DNA from: Armatimonadota bacterium
GTDB taxonomy: Bacteria > Armatimonadota > Fimbriimonadia > Fimbriimonadales > GBS-DC
Direction of reading: 5' to 3'
NCBI GenBank assembly: GCA_037445735.1
Contig: JBBIJY010000002.1
Coordinates: forward strand, 1-64,000
DNA length: 64,000 nucleotides
Position 1 is the first letter of the stretch; the number at the start of each line of letters is the position of its first letter. Positions 18,106 to 27,769 of the stretch are shown here, piece after piece. Position numbers and translations under genes: made by a program. Below the pieces are notes generated by a model. It did not search any database and was not told the origin of the DNA. It saw only the letters and a list, made by a program, of their open reading frames with translations.

Positions 18106-19389
18106 ATGAGCAGACTTTTGAGAATCGCGAACGGGCTACTCTCTGGCGTGCTAACAGTGGCGGCTTTCGCCCAGCCCTCATCGTTGAGCCTTCAGGATGT
18201 GCTGCGTCGGGCGCTGCAGTATAACGGCGATATTCAGTCGGCATTAGCGCAGCAGCAGGCGGCGGAGGCGCGACTGATTGCGACCCGTGCGAGCTTATAT
18301 CCCAGCTTCGCGTGGGCGAGCAGCTCCACCCGCACGCGCCTGGAGCAGGGCGGCACCACCTCCGAGGTCACCCAGCGACAGGGCGCGTTTACCGTCGACT
18401 GGCTGCTGTTCGACGCCGGTCGGCGTGAGTGGCGCATTCGTCAGGCGTCGCGCTCCAGCGAGGCGACCCGGATGACGGCGCGCGCCACCATCCGCTCGCT
18501 GCTGTTCGAGACCGCCAGCGCGTATTATGAGGTGCTGCGCCGTCAGGAGCTGCTGCGTGTGGCGGACGAGTCGGTGCAGCGGGCGCAGACCCTGCTCGAT
18601 GTCGCCCGCACGCAGGCGGAGGTGGGCACCGCGCCCGCCAAAGATGTGTTGCAGGCGGAAGCCGATCTCGCCAACGCGCGCGTGCAGCAGATTCAAGCCC
18701 GAAACGCACTGCGCCTCGCCGAAGCCGACCTCAAGCGGCTCATCGGCTGGGACGCCACCCAGCCGCTGCCGCCGCTCCAGCGCGTCGAAAACCCGCCTGA
18801 ACTGGGTCAGCCTCCCACACTCGCCGAACTCTGGCAACAGGCGCTGCAGAAACGACCTGAACTGCGCAACGCCCAGCTGAACCTGCAGATTGCCCAGCTC
18901 GGCGTTGATCTGGCACGCGCCGACACCATCGGGCAGATGCAGGTGAGTCTGAGCGGCTTCTATGAGTATGACCCGAACCGCCGCACGCAGGGGCAGCTGC
19001 TCTTTCGGCTCAGCACGCCCATTTTTGATGGCGGGCTGGTTCGGGCGAACCTGCGCGAGGCGCAAGCCGAGTACGACAGTGCCCGCGCTCGACTCCAGCA
19101 ACTGGAGCGCGACCTGTACGCGGAGGTGGAGAGCGCGCTGCTCTCGCGTCAGGAGGTTGCCGAGCGTCTGCAGGCGGCGCGAACGGCGCTTACTGCTGCT
19201 CAGCGCAACTACGAAGCCGCGCGCGACGCCCTGCAGGAAGGCGCTGGCTCCATCGTCGAAGTGCTGACCGCCCAGCTCGCGCTCGTCACCGCCGAGACCA
19301 ACCTCGTGCAGGCAATCTATGACGCCTATATCGCCGACCTGCGCCTGAAACTCGCCATCGGCGAACCCCTGCCCGAAGAGCCGCAATAG
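18106..19389 (+). CDS. TolC family outer-membrane efflux protein
   Basis: Signal peptide, two OEP-like repeats (WLLFDAG, PIFDGG, RPEL), long helices. Confidence 0.88.
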   Translation: MSRLLRIANGLLSGVLTVAAFAQPSSLSLQDVLRRALQYNGDIQSALAQQQAAEARLIATRASLYPSFAWASSSTRTRLEQGGTTSEVTQRQGAFTVDWLLFDAGRREWRIRQASRSSEATRMTARATIRSLLFETASAYYEVLRRQELLRVADESVQRAQTLLDVARTQAEVGTAPAKDVLQAEADLANARVQQIQARNALRLAEADLKRLIGWDATQPLPPLQRVENPPELGQPPTLAELWQQALQKRPELRNAQLNLQIAQLGVDLARADTIGQMQVSLSGFYEYDPNRRTQGQLLFRLSTPIFDGGLVRANLREAQAEYDSARARLQQLERDLYAEVESALLSRQEVAERLQAARTALTAAQRNYEAARDALQEGAGSIVEVLTAQLALVTAETNLVQAIYDAYIADLRLKLAIGEPLPEEPQ

Positions 19390-19419
19390 GCAGGAATCGA
19401 ACCGCCCGCGACGAAACCT

Positions 19420-19506
19420 GTAGCATGGGCATCCTGCCCGAAGAGCGCGCGAGTAGGGGCGCGGTTGCCGCGCCCGTACTGCTCGTAGCGCGGGCATCCT
19501 GCCCGC
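19420..19506 (+). repeat. Cluster of three GTAG-type REP palindromes
   Basis: GTAGCATGGGCATCCTGCCCG (19420), GTAGGGGCGCGGTTGCCGCGCCCGTAC (19453), GTAGCGCGGGCATCCTGCCCGC (19485). Confidence 0.75.
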
Positions 19507-19533
19507 AGAACCAGACCCTATCAGCGGAGGTAG

Positions 19534-20574
19534 GTGACGATGGCAAGACCAGTAACGCTGTTCACGGGGCAGTGGGCAGACCTGCCCCTGGAGACGATGG
19601 CGCAGAAAGCGAAGGCGTTCGGCTATGACGGACTTGAACTCGCCTGCTGGGGCGACCACTTCGATGTTGAGCGCGCCCTCACCGATGAGCGCTACTGCGA
19701 ATCGCGCTGGGAGATTCTGACCCGCTACGGGCTGAAATGCTTCGCGATCAGCAATCATCTGGTGGGTCAGGCGGTGTGCGACCCGATAGACGAGCGCCAT
19801 CGGGCGATTCTGCCCCCGCGCGTGTGGGGCGACGGCAATCCCGAGGGCGTGCGCCAGCGTGCCGCCGAAGAGATGAAGAACACCGCCCGCGCCGCCCGCC
19901 GATTCTTCAACGCCGCCCCACCAGAGGTCAAACAGCAGCTCACGCGCGTGGTGGTCAACGGCTTCACAGGCAGCAGCATCTGGCAATACCTGTACGCCTT
20001 CCCGCCGAACCCGCCCGACCTGATCGAGCGCGGCTTCCGCGACTTCGCCACCCGCTGGAAACCCATCCTCGATGTGTTCGAACAGGAGGATGTCTATTTC
20101 GCGCTGGAGGTGCATCCGACCGAGATTGCGTTCGATATCGTGACGGCGGAGCGGGCAATTGAGGCGGTGGAGGGGCATCCACGCTTCGGCTTCAACTACG
20201 ACCCCAGCCACCTGGGCTATCAGGGCGTCGACTATGTGGCGTTCATTCGTCGGTTCCGCGACCGCATCTTCCATATGCATGTGAAGGATGTATGGTGGTC
20301 GGATGTGCCGCGCCTGTCGGGTGTGTTCGGCGGGCATCTGAACTTCGGCGATTCGCGCCGCTTCTGGGACTTCCGCTCGCCCGGGCGCGGGCGTATCAAC
20401 TTTGAGGAGATTATCCGCGCGCTGAACGAGATTGGCTATCGCGGTCCGCTCTCGGTGGAGTGGGAAGACAACGGCATGGATCGCGAGCATGGGGCGCAGG
20501 AGGCGTGCCAGTTCGTGCGCCGCCTCGACTTCGAGCCGTCCCGCCAGACCTTCGAAGCCGCGTTTGAACGATAA
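19534..20574 (+). CDS. Sugar phosphate isomerase/epimerase (AP endonuclease 2 TIM-barrel family)
   Basis: [38 protein letters not shown]. Confidence 0.88.
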   Translation: MTMARPVTLFTGQWADLPLETMAQKAKAFGYDGLELACWGDHFDVERALTDERYCESRWEILTRYGLKCFAISNHLVGQAVCDPIDERHRAILPPRVWGDGNPEGVRQRAAEEMKNTARAARRFFNAAPPEVKQQLTRVVVNGFTGSSIWQYLYAFPPNPPDLIERGFRDFATRWKPILDVFEQEDVYFALEVHPTEIAFDIVTAERAIEAVEGHPRFGFNYDPSHLGYQGVDYVAFIRRFRDRIFHMHVKDVWWSDVPRLSGVFGGHLNFGDSRRFWDFRSPGRGRINFEEIIRALNEIGYRGPLSVEWEDNGMDREHGAQEACQFVRRLDFEPSRQTFEAAFER

Positions 20575-20580
20575 ACCAGC

Positions 20581-20721
20581 AACCCTCTCCCCAAAAGGGG
20601 GAGAGGGTACGGGTGAGGGGGCTATATCCCGCACGCCTGCAGAAAACCTCTCACCCCAACCCTCTCCCCAGCGGGCAAGCTAACCCCTCACCCCAACCCT
20701 CTTCCCAGCGGGGAGAGGGAG
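20581..20721. repeat. Intergenic cluster of the CCCCTCACCC palindromic element between convergent genes
   Basis: Three units; shares a 26-nt internal spacer (22/26 identical) with the copy inside the Wzi-like gene. Confidence 0.85.
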
Positions 20722-20725
20722 TAAA

Positions 20726-22621
20726 TTACTGCTGTGAGAGCGTGTTGCGCCGTCCGCCGGGGCGACGCAAGCCCTCCTCGCCCAGCACATGCAGGAACAC
20801 CAGGCACATCTCGTCGGTCGTCTTCTCGCCCCAGGTGACCACCTTCGGCGGGCGACTCGGATTGTTCGGGTTCTTCTCGGAGTTGTCGTAGTAGGCGCGC
20901 ACCTCCACGCGCGTGCCGCGCGGCAGGCGCACCGGTGTCTTGTAATGATAGGTGTCCTGCCACTTGAAGTCCCAATCTTTGATCCAGATGAGCGGGATGG
21001 TCTTGCCGTCGGGTGTGTAGGCGTCCACCTTCATCTCGCGCCCGATCAGGTGCATGTGGGGCGTGATGGCGACCACATCCACATCGCGCGGCGCAATCCA
21101 GTAGGCGCGCACCTCGTGGCGCTCAGCGCCGGGTGGAATGCTGAAGAAGGGATTAATCAGCCAGGCGATGCCAATCGGCTGTGGGTTGGGCGTTTTGGCG
21201 AAATAGAGTCCCACGCGCGTACGGTCGCGCTCTGGCTTGCCCGTGCGATAGTAGTGAATCTGCAGCACAATATCGGAGCCTTTCGGCAGGCGATAGCCCG
21301 TGCCGTCGGGCAGCATCTGGGGCGAGAAGCCTGGCGCCCAGCCGCCCAGCATGCCAGCAGGGATAAACCCCGGCCAGCCGAACGCCCTGTAGCCTGGACC
21401 CGGATCCGCCTCATCCAGCTTGCGAGCCGTGCCCGATGTGTCGCAGAACACTATCACATGGTGAACCGTCTTGCGATTGCCCGGCTGGATGTCGATCGCC
21501 TGCACGAACATGTCGCGGTCGAAGTTCGTGGGGATGACGAAGTGGCGGTACTCATCCTCGCCTGTGGGGCCGACCTCATACTCTTCGGGCATCTCCACAA
21601 TCACATCGGGCGGACCGAACGCCCAATCGTCGCTGAACTGGCGCGGCGGAGGCAGGTCGTTCGGGTCGCCTAAGGGCGCACCCGACTCCACCCACTGCGT
21701 GATCAGCGCAATCTGCTCGTCGCTCAGTCGCCGCTCGCCCTTGAACTCGCCGTAGCCCGGCTCGGGCTTCCATGGCGGCATCTGGCGCGCCTGCACATAT
21801 TTGACAATCTCTTTGCGCCAGGTGTACACATCACGATAGGTCATCAGCGAGAAGGGCGCGACCTGACCGGGGCGATGGCACGGCTGGCAATATTGCTGAA
21901 TGATCGGCGCGATATGTCGGGCGTAGGTGATGGGCGCGGACGCTTCCGCCTCGTCTTTGAAATGGATCGTGCAGCCGAAGGTTTCGGTCGCGGCGGGCTT
22001 GACAGGCTTGCCCTTCAGGATTGCCTCCAGCGCGTTACGCAGGTAGGGCGTGCGCACGCGGTTCTCGTAGCGGTTGTCATCGATTGCGCCCCGATAGCGC
22101 AGAACGCCTTTCTGGTCAATCACGAACGCCTGCGGGGTCATCGTGGCGCCGAGCTGGCGTGCGAACTTGCCGTTGGGGTCATACACCACAGGGAATTTGA
22201 GCTGCCATGCTCGCACGCTCTGGCGTACCTCCTGCTCCGTGTCGTCATAGTTGGTGTAGATGCCGATGATCTGCACGCCGCGTCTGGCATAGCTCGCATA
22301 AAGTTGATTGAGGCGCACGGCGTAGCGCTGGGCGGCGGGGCACTTCGCGCCCAGAAAGACCAGCACCACTGGCGCTTTGCGTGTAAGTTCGTTCAGGCGA
22401 TAGGTGCGACCGTTCAAATCGGTGAAGGTGAGCGGCGGCACGCGCGTGTTGAGATTAACGGCTTTGGGGGCTTCGGTCAACACACGGTGCTTCTTGCTCA
22501 CTTCGGTCGGCGTCGCCGTTGCAACCCGTCGACTGGGTTTGTCGCTATCCGTTAGCTGGGGCATCCAGAACGGAAACGCGCCCATCATCAATGCCAGCCC
22601 AATCAGCCACGATGCTCTCAT
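20726..22621 (-). CDS. Exported redoxin + c-type heme + copper type II monooxygenase-like multidomain protein
   Basis: AhpC/TSA-like domain (KCP, LRYRGAIDD, FGCTI), CQPCH, TVHHVI, PHMH, WDFKWQ, DEMC; start at ATG 22621. Confidence 0.8.
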   Translation of the reverse strand: MRASWLIGLALMMGAFPFWMPQLTDSDKPSRRVATATPTEVSKKHRVLTEAPKAVNLNTRVPPLTFTDLNGRTYRLNELTRKAPVVLVFLGAKCPAAQRYAVRLNQLYASYARRGVQIIGIYTNYDDTEQEVRQSVRAWQLKFPVVYDPNGKFARQLGATMTPQAFVIDQKGVLRYRGAIDDNRYENRVRTPYLRNALEAILKGKPVKPAATETFGCTIHFKDEAEASAPITYARHIAPIIQQYCQPCHRPGQVAPFSLMTYRDVYTWRKEIVKYVQARQMPPWKPEPGYGEFKGERRLSDEQIALITQWVESGAPLGDPNDLPPPRQFSDDWAFGPPDVIVEMPEEYEVGPTGEDEYRHFVIPTNFDRDMFVQAIDIQPGNRKTVHHVIVFCDTSGTARKLDEADPGPGYRAFGWPGFIPAGMLGGWAPGFSPQMLPDGTGYRLPKGSDIVLQIHYYRTGKPERDRTRVGLYFAKTPNPQPIGIAWLINPFFSIPPGAERHEVRAYWIAPRDVDVVAITPHMHLIGREMKVDAYTPDGKTIPLIWIKDWDFKWQDTYHYKTPVRLPRGTRVEVRAYYDNSEKNPNNPSRPPKVVTWGEKTTDEMCLVFLHVLGEEGLRRPGGRRNTLSQQ

Positions 22622-22845
22622 TTTGATGCCCTCCAACCTGCTGGTCAGTATACCATGTTTCGACGCCGATGCACCGATTCCGTTCGCTTTTTTGCCGCCG
22701 TTTTTCCCTCCCGACGCGACGGGAGGGGGACAGGAAGGTGGAAACAGGAATGAGATAATCAAACGACGAATAATCCACCATCGGGTAAACTTCCATGCAG
22801 GAGTCGGGAACCAGGGAGCGAATCCTGCTATCTGGGGAGGAACCC

Positions 22846-23595
22846 ATGAGCCTGAATGGTTGTTTTCGGCACATGCGACGCACGATTGCGTGGCTTGGAG
22901 CGGGCATAACGGTCAGCCTCGCGCTGACCGGTTGTTCGCCAGAGAGTTCGGGAGGCGGCACGACAACCATCAGCGGCAACGCCCCTCTGCTGCTGGTTAT
23001 CGTCATCGACTCGACGGCTTCCGCCGGCAGAGATAAGGAGATGTGGCGGAACACCTTCAAGGCGCTCACCCGGAACTATCTGCCTGAAAACGCCCGAATT
23101 GCCTTTGTCCGATGCGACCATCAGCCGTTCGCTACCAAGGTGCTCGTGTGGACGGGCTTCAAAAAGGAGCGCGAGGCGGTCGAGAAAGCCTTCGAAGAGG
23201 CGTGGCAGGCTCAACCCTGCGGCACCGACGCTAACGGCAACGAGACCTACTGCGGTACCGATGTGGTAACCGCCTTTGAAATGGCTGTCGCCTATGCCAC
23301 CAAGCCCGAAAATCAAAACATCCCGCGCAAACTTATCATCGCCTGGAGCGATATGCGGGCGGACCCCTGCCAGACAAAACACAGGCAGTTTCGAGACCCT
23401 CTGCAATACCGCTGGGATCGGGAGCAGACCAGGGACATCGAGCTGGTGATTCACGGCGTGCCGCTGGAGTTGCATCCGAAGCTGCGGGAGCGGTGGGCAA
23501 AGGCGTTCAAAGCGTTTCGGCTCTACATTCCCGGTGAAACCATCGACATTCGCGAACACTGCGGCTTGCAACCGATAGAGACAGGAGGTTTTTAG
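22846..23595 (+). CDS. VWA-like domain lipoprotein
   Basis: Lipobox LTGC; MIDAS-like VIVIDSTAS, GTD, LIIAWSDM; GGGGAGGA RBS before ATG 22846. Confidence 0.65.
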   Translation: MSLNGCFRHMRRTIAWLGAGITVSLALTGCSPESSGGGTTTISGNAPLLLVIVIDSTASAGRDKEMWRNTFKALTRNYLPENARIAFVRCDHQPFATKVLVWTGFKKEREAVEKAFEEAWQAQPCGTDANGNETYCGTDVVTAFEMAVAYATKPENQNIPRKLIIAWSDMRADPCQTKHRQFRDPLQYRWDREQTRDIELVIHGVPLELHPKLRERWAKAFKAFRLYIPGETIDIREHCGLQPIETGGF

Positions 23596-23606
23596 GAGGT
23601 GCGATT

Positions 23607-24446
23607 ATGATTAACCAACCGAGTCAACAGGAGCAGACAGCTTCGCTGACGGCAGCGAACACGATGTACGCGCATCTCAATCGGGATCACACGCGCCTGT
23701 GGTTCTTTGCAGTTCTCTGGGCGCTCCTGTTAGTAGGGCTGTCGCTGATTTTTGGAAGGCTTACCATCGCCGCATTCCAGAGAATTGGCGCAGACCCGAA
23801 TACTGCCTTCCTGCTGGGGGTTGTGCTACACATCCTGCTCGGAATAGCCAAAGCGAGCTGGCAGTGGGCGATAGACCATCGACGCTCGCCTCTGATTTAC
23901 CAGCTGGGTGTTCTGCTGCTGGTGGGCGCTATCATCGTGGTCGCCTACTTCCGTGCGCAGCTCCAGATCGAGCTGGGAAGCCCCCCTCTGGTAGCCTACC
24001 TGGTAAGCGCGTTTATTGCATTGCTCGAAATCGTCGGTCCGCTGGTGGTGGGCACATTGCTCGGCAATGTCGCCACGCGCATCGCAAAAGTTCAGAGAGA
24101 CCGTACCTGGGCGGATCAGTTCCGAAACAGTGTCAGCGTTTCCCTGAATCCCCTCAAGGAGTGGCAAGACGAGGGCATCAATCTGCGCGGGCGAATAGCC
24201 AAAAATGAACGCCTCATCGAAGAGGCGAAACTGAAGCGCGAACAAGCCCTCGCTCAGCACGACCACGCCGAAGCGCGACGGCTTGAGGAGGAAATCGGGA
24301 AAGCCGAAGAAAATATCCAGACATACAGGCATCAATACATACTTCTGAGGCAGCACTACCCGGGCACGAATGTTGACTTCGATAGAGGCGTTGAAGAAGC
24401 CCTCAAGGCGTCGCAGGGTAGCCCGCTGGCTGTTGACGAACCCTGA
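23607..24446 (+). CDS. Hypothetical membrane protein (4 TM + C-terminal coiled coil)
   Basis: Four hydrophobic segments followed by an E/K/R-rich helical region; AGGAGG RBS. Confidence 0.75.
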   Translation: MINQPSQQEQTASLTAANTMYAHLNRDHTRLWFFAVLWALLLVGLSLIFGRLTIAAFQRIGADPNTAFLLGVVLHILLGIAKASWQWAIDHRRSPLIYQLGVLLLVGAIIVVAYFRAQLQIELGSPPLVAYLVSAFIALLEIVGPLVVGTLLGNVATRIAKVQRDRTWADQFRNSVSVSLNPLKEWQDEGINLRGRIAKNERLIEEAKLKREQALAQHDHAEARRLEEEIGKAEENIQTYRHQYILLRQHYPGTNVDFDRGVEEALKASQGSPLAVDEP

Positions 24447-24470
24447 CGCCTATCATCGGGAGGCGGCGGA

Positions 24471-26684
24471 GTGCGCAGAGACCCGTTTGAACAACGCGAA
24501 AGCCTGCCGCAGGTCGCCGCGCTGAAATACTTCACCGACCGCGAGGAGGCGATTGAGGCATTTGAGCGATACCTGCACGCGCCCGCAGGCACAGACCTGC
24601 GCGTGCTGACCTTCTACGGCGTGGGCGGCATCGGCAAAACCACGCTCGTGCGCAAACTGTGCGACGACCTGCAGCAAGCCGGAATCTCCCACGTTCGATA
24701 CGACCTCTCAACGGTGCGCGACCAGACTCAGGCGTACCGTGAGGCGCTGCTCCAGATGCGCTGCGACCTAGAGAGCCAGTTCCGCATCCCGTTCCCCCGC
24801 TTTGACCTGTGCCTTGCGGTGATTCTGGCGCGTGAAGGGGGCGAGCCGCCGCCTCTGGTGCGCACTAACCCCATCCTGAGCGACGCCCTCAGGTTCGCCA
24901 CGGGCATCCTGCAGGCGCCACTGGAAGGGCTGGGCGGACTCATCGATAAGACCATCCGAAGATTCAGCAAGCTGGAAGAGTATGTGCGCAGGGTGTTCAA
25001 AACTGACGATATCATCCACCTGCGTAGCCTCGCCCTGCGCGATGACCAGAGCCTGTATGAGGAGCTCATCCGACGCTTTGCGCAGGACTTGAAGGAGAAC
25101 CTGCCCCCGCGCGAGGGCAAAGCCTGTCGGGGCGTGCTGTTGCTGGACACCTACGAGGCGCTCTGGTCGGGGCGCGAGGTTCACACCGCGCGGGGGCGAC
25201 TGCTGGACGAGTGGGTGCGCCAGCTGGCAGAGTATTGCCTCGACGCGGGCGTGCTGCTGGTCATCAGCGGGCGCGACCGCCTGATGTGGGATGAAGATAA
25301 ACCCGACTGGCGCGACTGGCTCGACCAGCACCTGCTGGGCGGGCTGTCGGCGCGGGATGCGCAAACGCTTCTCGCCAGATGCGGCGTCGGTCCGCCGCCC
25401 GACAATCAACCCACGCCGCTCCAGCAAGCCATCATCGAGTGCTGCGATACGGAGCCAGGACCCGACATCAGCTGCCATCCGCTTTATCTTGCGCTCTGCG
25501 CCGAGATTGTGCTGAACGAACGCCAGAACAGCGGCGTTGACCCCAAACCTGAAACCTTCCGCAGTATTCCCAGCGAGCAGGTAGCCAGCGAGCTGGCGAA
25601 CCGCTTCCTGAAGTCGCTCCACAATCGGGCGATGGAGCTGTGGGTGACGGAGTTGAGCCTCACCCCGCGCTTCGACGAGACCGCCGCGCTCGCGCTCGAT
25701 AGCGAACGCAAACACCACAACGGTCGGGCAGGCTGGGAGCTGCTGACCCGCTTCTCCTTCGTGGAACCGTTGCCCGACGGCTTCTACCGCCTGCACAAGA
25801 CGATGGCGGAGGTGTTGCAGGCGCGGCTGGCGCCCGATCAGGCGCAAACGCTTCACGAATGGTTTGCGAGCCACTGGTCAAGGCGTGAGCAGCTCGCGCT
25901 GGCGTGGTTCCACCGCTGGCGGCTGAACCCCGAAGCGGCGCTGAATGAGTGGCAAAAAGCGCACAAGTCCGCGCTCAAGGAAAGACGAATCAGCGAGGCG
26001 CGAGCGCTGCTGGAGTGGTGGCAGGAAATCGCGCTGGACGAAGCGGAGCGGAAGCGAATTGGCGACGAACTGTGGGCGGATGCGCATCATGCACTCGGTT
26101 ACGCGCTCCGGGAAACACCTATCGCGCCATGCGCGCCTGCCCTGACCGCCGCCATCGAACACTATCAGCACGCGCTTCGGGTCTACACCGAGACCGACTT
26201 TCCAGAGGATTGGGCGATGACCCAGAACAATCTGGGAAATGCCTATTCAGACCTGCCGACGGGGGATCGTTCGGAGAACCTGCGCAAGGCGATAGAGTGC
26301 TACCTGAATGCGCTGAAAGTCTGCACTGAAACCGACTTTCCCTATGAGTGGGCAAGGACGCAGCACAATCTGGGGGCTGCCTATGCCGACCTTCCAATAG
26401 GAGATCGTTCGGAGAACCTGCGCAAAGCAATTGAATGCTATCAAAACGCCCTGCGGGTCCGCACCGAAACCGACTTTCCAGAGCAGTGGGCGGACACACA
26501 GTACAATCTGGGGCTGGCTCTGGCACTTCTGGCTCAGGAAACTGGGGACGCTAATCTGCTTCAATCAGCGAAAGCCTGTTTTGAGGCGGCGGCGCGGGGC
26601 TACGAAGCGGTTGGTTTGCGCGAGGATGCCGAGGAAGCAAGAGAGCGCGCCGCCGCGATAGAGGCGATGATTCAGGGAGTATGA
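24471..26684 (+). CDS. P-loop NTPase (STAND-like) with C-terminal TPR repeats
   Basis: FTDREE, YGVGGIGKTTL, LLLDTYE, VISGR, CHPLYL, HKTMAE; three ~43-aa TETDFPxxWAxTQxNLG repeats. Confidence 0.85.
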   Translation: MRRDPFEQRESLPQVAALKYFTDREEAIEAFERYLHAPAGTDLRVLTFYGVGGIGKTTLVRKLCDDLQQAGISHVRYDLSTVRDQTQAYREALLQMRCDLESQFRIPFPRFDLCLAVILAREGGEPPPLVRTNPILSDALRFATGILQAPLEGLGGLIDKTIRRFSKLEEYVRRVFKTDDIIHLRSLALRDDQSLYEELIRRFAQDLKENLPPREGKACRGVLLLDTYEALWSGREVHTARGRLLDEWVRQLAEYCLDAGVLLVISGRDRLMWDEDKPDWRDWLDQHLLGGLSARDAQTLLARCGVGPPPDNQPTPLQQAIIECCDTEPGPDISCHPLYLALCAEIVLNERQNSGVDPKPETFRSIPSEQVASELANRFLKSLHNRAMELWVTELSLTPRFDETAALALDSERKHHNGRAGWELLTRFSFVEPLPDGFYRLHKTMAEVLQARLAPDQAQTLHEWFASHWSRREQLALAWFHRWRLNPEAALNEWQKAHKSALKERRISEARALLEWWQEIALDEAERKRIGDELWADAHHALGYALRETPIAPCAPALTAAIEHYQHALRVYTETDFPEDWAMTQNNLGNAYSDLPTGDRSENLRKAIECYLNALKVCTETDFPYEWARTQHNLGAAYADLPIGDRSENLRKAIECYQNALRVRTETDFPEQWADTQYNLGLALALLAQETGDANLLQSAKACFEAAARGYEAVGLREDAEEARERAAAIEAMIQGV

Positions 26685-26727
26685 GGCGGGGTGCCCAGGC
26701 CACACCCGCCAGCGCCGGTTGGCTGGT

Positions 26728-27753
26728 TCAGTGGGGACAGGGCACTACATTCTGCGGCTGACCCTGCAGGAAGGCTTTCAGGTTCTGCAGGGTGGTGTCC
26801 AGAATGCGCTGCACGGCTTCGCGGCTGTTGAAGGCGATATGGGGCGTGAAGACCACATTCTCGCGGCGCAGCAGCAGGTACGCCTGCACCACCTTACGCA
26901 GCGTCTGCTCGGCGACGGGCGCTTTCAGAAGCGCGCTCTCCTCCTTGATATACTCCTCGCCCTCAATCACATCCAGCCCCACGCCTGACAGGATGCCCTC
27001 GTCCAGCGCCCACAGCAGGGCTTCGGTGTCCACCACGCTCCCCCGCGCCGTGTTAATCAGCAGCGCGCCGCGCTTCATCTTGCTGAGCGTGTCGCGATTG
27101 ATCAGATGATGGGTCTCAGGCGTGGCGGGTACATGGAGCGACACGATGTCCGATTCACGCAGGAGCGTCTCCAGATCGGTGTAGGTGAAGCCCAGCACCT
27201 CTGCCAGCAGGGGTTGGGGGCGCACATCGTACGCCAGCACGCGCATGCCGAACCCGCGCGCGATGCGAATCACATGCAGCCCGATATTGCCCGCGCCTAC
27301 CACGCCCAGCGTTTTACCGTAGAGATCGAACCCGCGCAGCTCGGCAAGACTGCGCGAGGGGTGCTGAAGCCACTCCTGCACCGCTCGCAGCCGCCGCGAG
27401 AGCGATAAGATGAGCGCGAAGGTATGCTCGGCAACGGTGTTCTCGCCATAATGGGGCACATTGCACACCGTGACGCCCCGCTCCCGACAGGCGTCCAGAT
27501 CGATGTGGTCATAGCCTGTGGACATAGTGAGGATCAGGCGCAGGCGCGGCAGCCGATCGATAATCTCGCGGGTCAGTTTCGTCCACACGAAGACGGCGAT
27601 TGCCTCGCAGTCGGCATAGCGCTCGCACAGCTCAGGGGTCAGATGCCCGGTGCTGAACTCCGCCTGCACGCTTGCGGCAAGCCCCCGCTGAGCCAGACCG
27701 TTTTGCAGGTAATCTGTCTGCCACTCCTCCAGATCGAAGAAGGCGATTCGCAT
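26728..27753 (-). CDS. D-isomer-specific 2-hydroxyacid dehydrogenase (D-lactate dehydrogenase-like)
   Basis: STGYDHID, VAEH, GVVGAGNIG, LINTARG, LDVIEGE, TPHIAF; start trimmed to MRIAFFD. Confidence 0.9.
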   Translation of the reverse strand: MRIAFFDLEEWQTDYLQNGLAQRGLAASVQAEFSTGHLTPELCERYADCEAIAVFVWTKLTREIIDRLPRLRLILTMSTGYDHIDLDACRERGVTVCNVPHYGENTVAEHTFALILSLSRRLRAVQEWLQHPSRSLAELRGFDLYGKTLGVVGAGNIGLHVIRIARGFGMRVLAYDVRPQPLLAEVLGFTYTDLETLLRESDIVSLHVPATPETHHLINRDTLSKMKRGALLINTARGSVVDTEALLWALDEGILSGVGLDVIEGEEYIKEESALLKAPVAEQTLRKVVQAYLLLRRENVVFTPHIAFNSREAVQRILDTTLQNLKAFLQGQPQNVVPCPH

Positions 27754-27769
27754 CGGCGCTGCCTCCGTT

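Noticed and set aside
18295..20634. Long antisense ORFs (779 aa here; also 7130-8503, 10174-11931, 31091-32749, 42984-44861)
   Set aside because: Shadow frames of well-supported genes on the opposite strand, expected at high GC; no recognisable motifs.
26155..26540. Tandem ~129-nt DNA repeats as a possible CRISPR array or DGR template
   Set aside because: They are in-frame TPR coding repeats with no unique spacers, and no reverse transcriptase is present.
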